A stretch of DNA of 64,000 nucleotides, taken from positions 1,120,001 to 1,184,000 of the forward strand of contig OZ219858.1 in NCBI GenBank assembly GCA_964291395.2, written 5' to 3'. The first letter of the stretch is position 1; each line of letters opens with the position of its first letter. This document shows, piece by piece, positions 40,743 through 50,106 of the stretch. The position numbers and the translations under genes are program-made. This stretch comes from Alphaproteobacteria bacterium. Its GTDB lineage: Bacteria > Pseudomonadota > Alphaproteobacteria > UBA2966. The notes beneath the pieces were generated by a model that ran no database searches, had not been told where the DNA came from, and saw nothing but the letters and a program-made list of their open reading frames with translations.

Positions 40743-42203
40743 ATGACGGTACTCGTAGAAACCCGGTCCGATTTCACGCTCGAAACCGCCAGGCGGGTGG
40801 CTTGGGACGGCGAAGGCGTCCAGCTCGGTGCCAGGGCTCTCGCGGCGATGCAACAGGGTCGGCATAGGCTGGCATGCATTCTCGACCGTGACCCGGAGGT
40901 CACGATTTATGGCGTGACAACGGGTTTCGGCCAGTTCGCCCGGAAGAAGCTCACGCCCGAGGAGCGCGAACAGTGGGCGAGCATGTCGCCGGCACGCATC
41001 GCCGTGTGCTCGGGCGAGTCCCTACCTGAACGCGTCGTACGCGCCATCGTCCTCGCGCGGCTGACCAACTTCGTCGAAGGCCATGCCGCGATATCGCCTG
41101 AGATCGCGCAGGGCGTTGCCGCCATGCTGGACGACGACAGGTTGCCGGCGGTCCCGGTGCAGGGTCAGGGTGGAGCGGGCGAGATCCTGTCGCTGAGTCA
41201 CTTGTTCACGGGACTGGCGGAAAGGATGAAGCCGGCGGCCAAGGACGTGCTGTGCCTGATCAACGGATCGCCGTCGGCCACGGGCTTGGTCACCGATGCC
41301 GCGCTCGTCGCCGAACGGCGCTTCGATCTGGCGGCGCAAATCTTCGCGCTGTCCTTCGAGGCTTTCAACGCGCCTTTGAGCCATCTTGATCCCGCGCTGG
41401 ACGGCTACTGGAACAACCCCCATGACGGTTGGGCGCTTCGGCGTCTTCGCGAACTGGTGGGCAACGGTCACGGCGGGGAACGGCGCCCCTATCAGGCGCC
41501 TGTCAGCTATCGCATTGTACCGCGGATTCTGGGCCAGGCCAGACGGGCAGCGACCATGGCCGCCGAAGTCGCAGCCGAGTCGCTCCAGGCCGTAACGGAC
41601 AACCCGGTATGGATCGATGCTGTCGACGACGACCATCCCTTCGGTTGTTTCATTTCAAACGGTGGCTATCACAATCCCCACGCGGTACTAGCCCTAGACG
41701 CCTTGACCGCCGCGTGCGCCAATCTCTGTGTTCTTGCCGAACGCCAGGGTGCGAAACTCCTGGACGGCACCATCTCGCTGCTTCCCGATCAGCTCGACTC
41801 CGCCGAGGCCGCCGGCGACAACCGTCGCGCTTACATGGGATATGTGCCGATGGCCCAGATCGGATACGAGGAGGAAGCCCGTCTCTACGCCCAGTCCACG
41901 TTGCTTCCCGGCAGTGAATCCGGCGGTTTCGGTCAGAATGACGTTGCCAGTCCCGTGTTCCTGGCGTGGTCCAAGCAGGACCGCACCGGCCGGTGTCTCG
42001 ACATGGCACTTGCCAGTCTCGTGCCGATCGCCTTGCGCGCCCTCGACGTCACTGACCGGCCCGTTCCGCCACGACTAGCCGGCCTCGAGACGGCAATCCG
42101 GGAGATCGAGTCCGACATGTCGCAGCATAAGGCCGTCGGTCCCGTAATGGCCTCGATTGCCGGGGTCCTGCGTCACGAAATTTATCCGCCGCAACGCATT
42201 TGA
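40743..42203 (+). CDS. Aromatic amino acid lyase (HAL fold) lacking the MIO-forming Ala-Ser-Gly motif
   Basis: IYGVTTGFG, LING, YQAPVSYR, VTDNP, SNGG are HAL landmarks, but the MIO loop reads GQGGAGEI instead of GSVGASGDL. Confidence 0.88.
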   Translation: MTVLVETRSDFTLETARRVAWDGEGVQLGARALAAMQQGRHRLACILDRDPEVTIYGVTTGFGQFARKKLTPEEREQWASMSPARIAVCSGESLPERVVRAIVLARLTNFVEGHAAISPEIAQGVAAMLDDDRLPAVPVQGQGGAGEILSLSHLFTGLAERMKPAAKDVLCLINGSPSATGLVTDAALVAERRFDLAAQIFALSFEAFNAPLSHLDPALDGYWNNPHDGWALRRLRELVGNGHGGERRPYQAPVSYRIVPRILGQARRAATMAAEVAAESLQAVTDNPVWIDAVDDDHPFGCFISNGGYHNPHAVLALDALTAACANLCVLAERQGAKLLDGTISLLPDQLDSAEAAGDNRRAYMGYVPMAQIGYEEEARLYAQSTLLPGSESGGFGQNDVASPVFLAWSKQDRTGRCLDMALASLVPIALRALDVTDRPVPPRLAGLETAIREIESDMSQHKAVGPVMASIAGVLRHEIYPPQRI

Positions 42204-42359
42204 AGCGGATGCAGATCCAGGAAGCGTTGACATCGTGCACAGGCAGCTGACCAGTGGCGGTGTCGGCGCCTTCGCTGGGTGAACCAAGGCAAGGCTTTCC
42301 TCGACGTGTTCGACCGTCATGCGGAGGCGAATGCCGCCGAATCCTTTGGGGCGAGGTGT

Positions 42360-43013
42360 TCAACCCCCGTGCGGCGCGCTCCCCCGGGCGCCGATCATCG
42401 ACAGAAACTCCCGTCGCGTCGTCGGGTCGTCGCGGAAGCAGCCGAGCATGCTGCTGGTTACCAGGCTGACCCCCGGCTTGCGGATACCGCGCGTGGTCAT
42501 GCACTGGTGCGCCGCCTCGACGACCACGCCGACGCCACGCGGCTTGAGTACTTCGTGGATCGTGTCCGCGATCTGCGATGTCAACGCTTCCTGGATCTGC
42601 ATCCGCTTCGCGAAGACCTCTACAAGGCGCGCGAGCTTGGAGATGCCCACGACCCGTTCCGCCGGCAAATACCCGACATGCGCTATTCCCAGGATAGGAA
42701 CGATGTGGTGCTCGCAGTGGGATTCAAGGCGAATATCGCGCAAGACGATCATCTGGTCATAGGTGGCAGTCCTCTCGAACGTCGTGGCTAGCAAGGCGAC
42801 CGGGTCTTCGGCATATCCGGCGAAGAATTCCTCGTAGGCCCGCGCGACACGTTCGGGCGTTCCCTTCAACCCCTCCCGGTCGGGATCGTCCCCGGCCCAC
42901 TCGATCAGCGTGCGGACGGCAGCCTCGGCCTCGGCACGGCGCGGCCGACGGCATGGCTCCGAACTGGTGCGCGATGGTGTCGAGGTCCGATCCTCAAAAA
43001 CTGCGGCGTCCAT
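42360..43013 (-). CDS. folE: GTP cyclohydrolase I type IA
   Basis: [43 protein letters not shown]. Confidence 0.95.
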   Translation of the reverse strand: MDAAVFEDRTSTPSRTSSEPCRRPRRAEAEAAVRTLIEWAGDDPDREGLKGTPERVARAYEEFFAGYAEDPVALLATTFERTATYDQMIVLRDIRLESHCEHHIVPILGIAHVGYLPAERVVGISKLARLVEVFAKRMQIQEALTSQIADTIHEVLKPRGVGVVVEAAHQCMTTRGIRKPGVSLVTSSMLGCFRDDPTTRREFLSMIGARGSAPHGG

Positions 43014-43072
43014 ATCCCGGCCTTTCATCGATGTCGGGCCGCCTAGATAGCGGCTCTCTTGTGAAGTTGAAA

Positions 43073-43090
43073 GAAATGTTATAACGTGAC
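43073..43090. promoter_or_regulatory. Putative Zur box
   Basis: GAAATGTTATAACGTGAC between divergent folE and zur-azt operon; matches the ATGTTATAAC core of proteobacterial Zur sites. Confidence 0.75.
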
Positions 43091-43118
43091 TTCTGTACTT
43101 CGCAAGTTGAGACAGGCG

Positions 43119-43616
43119 ATGACGAAACCGCCGACCCGACGTCGCCCCTGCGCCGATCCGGATTACCGCAGGCGGCACTCGCCGCGCGAACGGGTCGCGT
43201 TCGCGGTATCGATCTGCGAGGGGCGCGGCGTGCAGATGACCGTGCTGCGGAGACGTGTCCTCGAGCTGCTGTGGGCGAGCGGCCGGCCGACGGGCGCCTA
43301 CCAGTTGATCGAAGCGGTCGAGCTCAGAGATTCGCGTCCGGTCGGCCCGCCGACCGTGTACCGGGCGCTCCAATTCCTGATGGCGCAAGGCTTCGTTTCC
43401 AGAATCGAAAGCCTGAACGCTTACGTCCCGTGCGTCCATCCCGAGCGCGACCACGATTGCCTGTTCTTCATCTGCAACGGCTGCCGGACATCGGTCGAGT
43501 TCGAGGAACCGCGGATCGGAGAACTGCTTGCCGACGATGCGGCCGTCCTCGGGTTCGTCGCGACACGTCGCACGGTCGAGATCGAGGGCATGTGCGCGGA
43601 GTGCACGGAAGCATGA
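43119..43616 (+). CDS. zur: Zinc uptake regulator (Fur family)
   Basis: [35 protein letters not shown], CxxC...CxxC. Confidence 0.88.
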   Translation: MTKPPTRRRPCADPDYRRRHSPRERVAFAVSICEGRGVQMTVLRRRVLELLWASGRPTGAYQLIEAVELRDSRPVGPPTVYRALQFLMAQGFVSRIESLNAYVPCVHPERDHDCLFFICNGCRTSVEFEEPRIGELLADDAAVLGFVATRRTVEIEGMCAECTEA

Positions 43617-43744
43617 GGACGCGGACCTCCTGGCTCTGGCTGCTGCCGCTCGGCGCCGGCCCCCGGCTGCTCGGGGCGGCCCTGATCGTTGCCGTGCTCT
43701 GGGCCGGGTTCTTCTGGGCGACGTCCACGCCGGGGGGGCCATGA
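43613..43744 (+). CDS. Small membrane protein (43 aa)
   Basis: [43 protein letters not shown]; ATGA overlaps with both zur and aztA. Confidence 0.7.
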   Translation: MRTRTSWLWLLPLGAGPRLLGAALIVAVLWAGFFWATSTPGGP

Positions 43745-44484
43745 CCTACGCCCTCGAGTTTCAGGACCTGACCCTCGGCTACGACCGGCAACCGGCCGTG
43801 CATCGCCTGTGCGGCGAAATCGCCGAGGGCAGCCTGACCGCCATCGTCGGACCCAACGGGGCCGGTAAATCCACGGTGTTGAAGGGGGTGACCGGCACAC
43901 TCCGCCCGCTCGAAGGTCGGATCGCCTTCGGTGGACTCACGCGGAGCGAGATCGCCTATCTGCCGCAGCAATCGGACGTCGACCGGTCTTTCCCGATCGC
44001 CGTCGCCGACCTCGTGGCGATGGGCCTCTGGCAGGAGATCGGCGGCTTTGCGGGCGTGCGGGCCAGTCACCGCGCACGCGTCGCGGATGCGATTTCCGCG
44101 GTGGGCCTCGAAGGGTTCGAGAGGCGGCCGATCGGGTCGCTGTCGGGTGGGCAGATACAGCGTGCGCTCTTTGCCCGCCTGCTGCTGCAGGACGCGCGGC
44201 TTGTCCTGCTGGACGAACCCTTCACGGCCATAGACGCGAGAACGGTGGCGGACCTGATCGGCGTGGTGCGGCGCTGGCACGGCGAAGGCCGCACGGTGCT
44301 TGCCGTTTTGCACGACTTCGACACGGTGCGGGCTCACTTCCCCCGCACGCTGATGCTGGCGCGTGAACTCGTCGCCCATGGACCCACGGCGCAGGTGCTG
44401 ACGGCCGAGAACCAGTTCCGCGCGCGCCAGATGTGCGAGGCCTGCGCCGGCCCCCCGCACACATGCGGGCGAAACGCCGCATGA
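43741..44484 (+). CDS. aztA: Zinc ABC transporter ATP-binding protein
   Basis: [40 protein letters not shown]; Cys/His tail CEAC..PHTC. Confidence 0.85.
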   Translation: MTYALEFQDLTLGYDRQPAVHRLCGEIAEGSLTAIVGPNGAGKSTVLKGVTGTLRPLEGRIAFGGLTRSEIAYLPQQSDVDRSFPIAVADLVAMGLWQEIGGFAGVRASHRARVADAISAVGLEGFERRPIGSLSGGQIQRALFARLLLQDARLVLLDEPFTAIDARTVADLIGVVRRWHGEGRTVLAVLHDFDTVRAHFPRTLMLARELVAHGPTAQVLTAENQFRARQMCEACAGPPHTCGRNAA

Positions 44485-45350
44485 TGTGGGAGCTCCTCGT
44501 CCAGCCCTTCGCCGATTTCGGCTTCATGCGGCGCGCGCTGATGGGTTGCATCGCGATCTCGGTCGGCGCCACGCCGGTCGGGGTATTCCTGATGCTGCGC
44601 CGCATGAGCCTGACGGGCGACGCGATGGCCCATGCGATCCTGCCGGGTGCGGCCGTCGGCTATCTCTTCGCGGGCCTCTCGCTCGGGGCGATGACCGTCG
44701 GCGGGCTGATCGCAGGCATGGCCGTGGCGCTCCTCGCGGGCTTCGTGACCCGCGTCACGGCGCTGCGCGAGGACGCAAGCCTGGCGGCCTTCTACCTGAT
44801 CTCGCTGGCGGTGGGGGTGCTGATCGTGTCCACCCGAGGCAGCAACGTCGACCTGATGCACGTGCTCTTCGGGACCGTGCTCGCGCTGGATGACGCCGCC
44901 CTGACTTTGCTCTGTTCCATCGCGAGCGTTTCGGTCTTCGCGCTGGCGGCCTTGTTCCGGCCGCTCGTGCTCGAATGCGCGGACCCGCAGTTCCTGCGCT
45001 CGGTCAGCGGGCTCAGCGCCGTGACGCATTTCACCTTCCTTGCCCTCGTCGTGCTGAACCTCGTGGCCGGCTTTCACGCGCTCGGCACGCTGATGGCCGT
45101 CGGCATCATGATCCTTCCCGCCGCCGCCGCGCGATTCTGGGCGGTGGGCATCGGCGCGCTGATCGCCGTCGCGATCTCGGTCGCGATGCTCTCGAGCCTG
45201 AGCGGCCTTCTTCTCTCCTACCACTTCAGCCTACCGTCCGGGCCGGCGATCATCCTCGTCGCGGGTCTCGCCTACGCACTGTCGCTGGTCTTCGGACCGG
45301 TGGGCGGTCTCGCCGGGCGGGTCCTCCCGCGCCGCTACCTCGAAGCCTGA
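44481..45350 (+). CDS. aztB: Zinc ABC transporter permease
   Basis: FMRRAL, RRMSLTGDAMAHAILPG, DLMHVLFG, PSGPAII. Confidence 0.85.
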   Translation: MMWELLVQPFADFGFMRRALMGCIAISVGATPVGVFLMLRRMSLTGDAMAHAILPGAAVGYLFAGLSLGAMTVGGLIAGMAVALLAGFVTRVTALREDASLAAFYLISLAVGVLIVSTRGSNVDLMHVLFGTVLALDDAALTLLCSIASVSVFALAALFRPLVLECADPQFLRSVSGLSAVTHFTFLALVVLNLVAGFHALGTLMAVGIMILPAAAARFWAVGIGALIAVAISVAMLSSLSGLLLSYHFSLPSGPAIILVAGLAYALSLVFGPVGGLAGRVLPRRYLEA

Positions 45351-45361
45351 AAGGAGTTCCG

Positions 45362-46402
45362 ATGCTCGCCCGCAGAGCGCTTCTGACATCCGCCGCTGCC
45401 GTCCTCGCCGTGTCGCTCGCCGCTCCGGCCGTCGCACGGTCCGACAGACCGATCCCGGTGGTCGCCACCTTCTCGATCCTCGGCGACATGGTGAAGCGTA
45501 TCGGCGGAGAGCACGTCGCCGTCACGACGCTCGTCGGCCCCGACGGGGATACGCATGTTTACCAGCCGACCCCTGCCGATGCGCGGGCCGTCAGCGAAGC
45601 AAAGATCCTTGTCGTCAACGGGCTGCAGTTCGAAGGCTGGCTGGATCGGCTGATCGACGCATCGGACTTCCGCGGCGTCCGGGTGGTGGCGACCGAAGGG
45701 GTCGACTTGATCGCGTTCGACGACGAGCACGATAACGGCGGCGGCCACGAAGCCCACGCCGAAGAGGCCGGTCATGACCACGATCACGATGACCACGCCG
45801 AGGCCGGTCATGATGACGACCACGAGCACGAGGAGCATGCCGAGGGCGACGATCACGACCACCATCACCACGGCGCTTTCGACCCACACGCCTGGCAGAG
45901 CCTCGGCAACGCCGTGGCCTATGTCGACACCATCGCTGCCGCTCTGGCGCAGGCCAATCCGGCGAACGCGGCCGACTTCTACCAGAACCGCGCAGCTTAT
46001 GTCGCCGAGATCGAGGCGCTCGACGCAGAGATTCGCGGGATCGTGGCAGCCCTGCCGGCCGAGCGTCGCATCGTCGTCACCTCCCACGACGCGTTCCAGT
46101 ATTTCGGCCGCGATTATGGGCTGACCTTCCTCGCACCCCAAGGGCTCAGCACCGAGTCCGAGGCGTCCGCAAAGGATGTCGCCCGCCTCATCCAGCAGAT
46201 CCGTGAACGGGGTATTCGAGCCGTCTTCATCGAGAATGTCGCGGACCCCCGCCTCCTGGAACGCATCGCCGACGAGACCGGGGCCTCCATCGGCGGCACG
46301 CTCTATCCTGGCGCGCTGTCCGGCCCGGACGGTCCGGCGCCGACCTACCTCGACATGATGCGGCACAACGCGACGACGCTCGCGCAGGCGCTGGCTTCGT
46401 AA
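45362..46402 (+). CDS. aztC: Zinc ABC transporter substrate-binding protein with His/Asp-rich loop
   Basis: VVATFSILGD, GDTHVYQP, His-rich insert, DPHAW, SHDAF, TYLDMMRHN. Confidence 0.88.
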   Translation: MLARRALLTSAAAVLAVSLAAPAVARSDRPIPVVATFSILGDMVKRIGGEHVAVTTLVGPDGDTHVYQPTPADARAVSEAKILVVNGLQFEGWLDRLIDASDFRGVRVVATEGVDLIAFDDEHDNGGGHEAHAEEAGHDHDHDDHAEAGHDDDHEHEEHAEGDDHDHHHHGAFDPHAWQSLGNAVAYVDTIAAALAQANPANAADFYQNRAAYVAEIEALDAEIRGIVAALPAERRIVVTSHDAFQYFGRDYGLTFLAPQGLSTESEASAKDVARLIQQIRERGIRAVFIENVADPRLLERIADETGASIGGTLYPGALSGPDGPAPTYLDMMRHNATTLAQALAS

Positions 46403-46496
46403 GGCTAGGCGCAGCCTTTTCCGTCAGCATCTACGAACTGAGTAAAGGCGGGTGAATGCTGCTGAACGGCTTCGGAATTTGAAGGAGAAGGAATCC

Positions 46497-47453
46497 ATGA
46501 ATCAGATCCCCGTTACCGTCCTGACCGGCTATCTCGGCGCCGGCAAGACAACGCTCCTGAACCGCATCCTGACCGAGGAGCACGGCAAGAAATACGCCGT
46601 GGTTGTCAACGAGTTCGGCGAAATCGGCATCGACAACGACCTTGTGGTCAACGCCGACGAGGAAGTGTTCGAGATGAACAACGGTTGTATCTGCTGCACC
46701 GTACGCGGGGACCTGATCCGCATCCTTGGAGGGTTGATGAAACGGCAAGGCAACTTCGATGGAATCCTCATCGAGACCACGGGCCTTGCCGATCCCGCGC
46801 CGGTCGCCCAGACCTTCTTCGTCGACGACGATGTTCGGCGGCGGACCTGGCTCGATTCCATCGTAACGGTGGTCGACGCCCGCCATGTCGTCCAGCGGCT
46901 CGAAGACAGCCATGAGGCGCTGGAACAGATTGCCTTTGCAGACGTCATCCTTCTCAACAAGACGGATCTTGTGCCGGCCGATGAACTGGCGCAGGTGGAA
47001 ACTCGCATCCGTTCGGTCAATCCAACGGCAGTTATCCAACGCACGCTGCGATGCGAGGTGGGGCTTGACACGGTTCTGGGTCGCCGAGCCTTCGATCTCG
47101 ATCGCATACTGGCGATCGAGCCGGACTTTCTTTCGGAAGACGACCACGAACACGACGATGCTGTGAAGAGCGTCTGCCTGCGCACCGACCGGCCCTTGGA
47201 CGGAGCCCGCCTCACAGGGTGGTTGCAGGGCCTGCTTGTCGAGCGTGGTCAAGACCTTCTGCGAACCAAGGGGATCCTGTCGATCGCCGGTCAGGACAAG
47301 CAGTATGTCGTCCAGGCGGTCCATATGCTGATGGAAGGTGATTTCACGAAGCCGTGGAGCCCAAAAGAGACCCGAGAGAGTCGCCTGGTTTTCATCGGAC
47401 GTAACATTGATGAATTGGAACTGCGTCAGCAGTTCGACGCCTGCATCGCATGA
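46497..47453 (+). CDS. COG0523/CobW-family zinc chaperone GTPase
   Basis: TGYLGAGKTT, NEFGE, GCICC, ETTGLADP, NKTD, LRTKG, VFIGR. Confidence 0.93.
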   Translation: MNQIPVTVLTGYLGAGKTTLLNRILTEEHGKKYAVVVNEFGEIGIDNDLVVNADEEVFEMNNGCICCTVRGDLIRILGGLMKRQGNFDGILIETTGLADPAPVAQTFFVDDDVRRRTWLDSIVTVVDARHVVQRLEDSHEALEQIAFADVILLNKTDLVPADELAQVETRIRSVNPTAVIQRTLRCEVGLDTVLGRRAFDLDRILAIEPDFLSEDDHEHDDAVKSVCLRTDRPLDGARLTGWLQGLLVERGQDLLRTKGILSIAGQDKQYVVQAVHMLMEGDFTKPWSPKETRESRLVFIGRNIDELELRQQFDACIA

Positions 47454-48505
47454 GTTCGTCCGCCGAACAGGGCAGGGCGTCGCTGCTTGACCGCATCGGC
47501 ACCGGTCGGAAGCTCGACGCCTATGTGGTGGGCGTCGTGTTCCTCAAGGAGGGACTGCTTGCGGCTGCACTCGGGGACGGTCGGGTCGCGTTCATCAACA
47601 GCGAGAGCACGAATCCTCCGTCCTTCGTTTCGGTGCATGACGGGGCTTGTCTTTCGCTGGCCGTCGACTTGGGTGAACAGCGCGTTCTGACAGGCGGAGA
47701 CGATGCTCGGCTGGTGAGCACCGATACCGACGGCGAGACCACCGAAATCGCAGCCATTGCGGGGCGATGGGTCGAGCCGATTGCCGTCAGCAGGGCATCC
47801 GGACTATGCGCTGCGGTCTTCGGCAAGACAGTTTTCCTTTTCGCGCGAGATGGAAGAGCGGTTGGAACGTTCGATCATGCAAACACGGTCGGCGGTCTGG
47901 CATTCGACCCGAAAGGGCGACGGATCGCCGCCGCGCACTATGGCGGAATCAGCCTCTGGTGGGCGAAGCTCAGCACGCAGGAGCCTAAACAACTCAGTTG
48001 GTCGGGCTCGCACCTTAGTCTGACCTGGAGCCCGGACGGGAAATACATCGTCACCGCAATGCAGGAGAACGAACTGCACGGTTGGCGTGTCTCCGACAAC
48101 ACCGATATGCGGATGTCTGGCTACCCAACGAAGGTCAAGTCGATGAGCTGGCTGCCGAAGGGAAGGTATCTGGCGACCGGTGGCGCGGAATCCGTCGTTT
48201 GTTGGCCTTTCCATGGCAAGGGCGGCCCCATGGGTAAGGCACCGCTCGACCTCGGGTGGGGCTTCGAGGGTATGGTGACGGTGGTGGCTGCGCACCCCCG
48301 GCATGACGTGGTCGCTGCCGGATATGAGGACGGTGCCACCATCCTCGTGCAGATCGACCGCGCTCATCCGGTTCTGGTCAAGCGACCCGGCAAGGGCGCT
48401 GTGACCGCGCTCGCCTGGTCGGCGGATGGACAGCATCTCGCCCTCGGTACCGAGAGCGGTTTTGTCGGTCGAATCGGCCTTTCCGACTGGCGGGCCCCAT
48501 CGTGA
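47450..48505 (+). CDS. WD40 repeat protein
   Basis: Repeated LTGGDD, WSPDG, ATGG, WSADG blades; coupled to the COG0523 gene. Confidence 0.85.
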   Translation: MSSSAEQGRASLLDRIGTGRKLDAYVVGVVFLKEGLLAAALGDGRVAFINSESTNPPSFVSVHDGACLSLAVDLGEQRVLTGGDDARLVSTDTDGETTEIAAIAGRWVEPIAVSRASGLCAAVFGKTVFLFARDGRAVGTFDHANTVGGLAFDPKGRRIAAAHYGGISLWWAKLSTQEPKQLSWSGSHLSLTWSPDGKYIVTAMQENELHGWRVSDNTDMRMSGYPTKVKSMSWLPKGRYLATGGAESVVCWPFHGKGGPMGKAPLDLGWGFEGMVTVVAAHPRHDVVAAGYEDGATILVQIDRAHPVLVKRPGKGAVTALAWSADGQHLALGTESGFVGRIGLSDWRAPS

Positions 48506-48539
48506 GCGCGAACGGAGAAACTCCAATCGAGTTTCTTCG

Positions 48540-48749
48540 ATGAAACGGAAGGCAAAACGCGCGCAATCCCCATGCATCGACGTCTGCCGTCTCGACCCGA
48601 AGACGGGGTGGTGCCTGGGCTGTGGCAGGACCGCCGCTGAAATCGGAGAATGGCGCAAGCTCACACCGTTTCGTCGAGGCCGGCTTGAACGGGAATTCGC
48701 GCGGCGCCTGGTGAAGCTCGGAAAGCGCACGCCATTGGAAAACGAATGA
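48540..48749 (+). CDS. DUF1289 family protein
   Basis: SPCIDVC...CLGCGRT..EI..W. Confidence 0.85.
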   Translation: MKRKAKRAQSPCIDVCRLDPKTGWCLGCGRTAAEIGEWRKLTPFRRGRLEREFARRLVKLGKRTPLENE

Positions 48750-48990
48750 AACGGTCGACGATCACTATTTACGATCCAAGGACCCAGCTTCTGGCGGTAT
48801 TTCTTTTACCGACGGGAGCCAGTGGATTTCCAACTGTTGCGCACCCACACGCCTGGTTTGATCTGCGCAGCACCGTCGTGCCGGATGCCGCTGTTCCCGT
48901 CACAGTCGCCGCTGACAGAAATCGGATGGTGATCTGGTCTCTGAGATGGGGATAGCCGGAAGACGAATTCGCCTTCGACGCGGTCCTGAT
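48746..48990 (+). pseudogene. DUF1007-family fragment
   Basis: Signal-like region then AHPHAWFDLRSTVV (HPHxWID motif); frame breaks soon after. Confidence 0.55.
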
Positions 48991-49151
48991 CTGGACGATC
49001 GTGGCAATCGAAATCCACAAGGAGACAAGGAGCGCCCAAACCTCATCCTCTTTACCGGCACGGCCACGCCAACCGCGATCATCGTGCGATAGTCGAGGCC
49101 GCGTCGACTCCGAGGCTGCGGGGCGCCGGGTGATGCGCCCGTTTCCGTGGA

Positions 49152-50093
49152 TCAGTTCAGGGCGCTCTTGATCGATCGGGCCGCCCGCATGGTCGCTTCG
49201 CGGCCGTCGTCCAGGACGGCAGGCATGTTCAGAAAGCCGTGGATCATCCCGCCATAACAGATGTGCTCGGTAGCGACCCCCGCAGCCGTCAAGGCGTCGG
49301 CATAGGCCTTGGCGTCATCCCGCAGGGGATCGAAGCCGGCCGCGATAACAAGGGCCGGCGGCAGCCCGCTCAAATCCTTCGCGAACAACGGGGATGCGTC
49401 GGGGTCCGTCCGCGATTCGTCGTCGAGCAGATACAGATCCCGGAACCACTCCATGGTGGCGCGGGTGAGATTGTAGCCCTCCGCCAGTTCGGTCATGGAC
49501 GGCAGCGACAAGGTCATGTCGGTCACGGGGTAGATCAACACCTGGAACCGGATGTCCGGCCCGCCTTCGTCGCGGGCCCGCCGACAGACAGTCGCGGCGA
49601 GAGTGCCGCCCGCAGAGTCACCGCCCACGGCCAAGCGACTCGTGTCCGCGTCCAGCGCGTCACCGTTGGCCGCAACCCAGCGGAGGGACTCCCACGCGTC
49701 ATCGAGCGCGGCAGGGTACGGGTGTTCCGGCGCCAATCGGTAGTCTACCGAGATCACGAGGGCGCCGGACTGTATGCAAAGATAGCGGCAGGGGATGTCA
49801 TGGCTGTCGAGGTCGCCGAACACCCAGCCGCCGCCGTGGAAATGGACGTAGACTGGGAGCTTCACGCCATCCCGGCCCGTCGGGCGATAGACACGCGCCG
49901 GGATGTGTCGGTCCGACACCTCAAGCATCCGGTCGGTCACCTGCCCCACCGGCGGCGGTTCTCCTTGTGCCGGCACCTGCCGACTTCGAAACGCGGCGCG
50001 TGCCTCCTCTACCGGCATCGTATGCCAGGGTGGAAGACCGGCGGCCGTCGCCGCTTCGATCAACGCTTTCGCCTGTGGATGGAGGCCGGTCAT
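49152..50093 (-). CDS. Esterase/lipase, hormone-sensitive lipase family
   Basis: HGGGW, DYRLAPEHPYPAA, GDSAGG, DPLRD, HGF. Confidence 0.92.
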   Translation of the reverse strand: MTGLHPQAKALIEAATAAGLPPWHTMPVEEARAAFRSRQVPAQGEPPPVGQVTDRMLEVSDRHIPARVYRPTGRDGVKLPVYVHFHGGGWVFGDLDSHDIPCRYLCIQSGALVISVDYRLAPEHPYPAALDDAWESLRWVAANGDALDADTSRLAVGGDSAGGTLAATVCRRARDEGGPDIRFQVLIYPVTDMTLSLPSMTELAEGYNLTRATMEWFRDLYLLDDESRTDPDASPLFAKDLSGLPPALVIAAGFDPLRDDAKAYADALTAAGVATEHICYGGMIHGFLNMPAVLDDGREATMRAARSIKSALN

Positions 50094-50106
50094 GGTGATC
50101 CCTTCT

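Noticed and set aside
40743-42203. Annotating the lyase as hutH, or the cluster as the ergothioneine/thiourocanate pathway
   Set aside because: There is no Ala-Ser-Gly, so it is not canonical HutH. The neighbouring hydratase looks like ordinary HutU with HutI and HutF, which points to sulfur-free urocanate; ergothioneine is not excluded but is less supported.
42360-43742. 460-aa ORF suggesting a FolE fusion
   Set aside because: The N-terminal part is antisense to zur; FolE similarity begins near 43013.
45720-45875. Repetitive GACCAC/GAGCAC tract as a DNA repeat or CRISPR
   Set aside because: It encodes the His/Asp-rich loop of the zinc-binding protein; there is no repeat-spacer structure.
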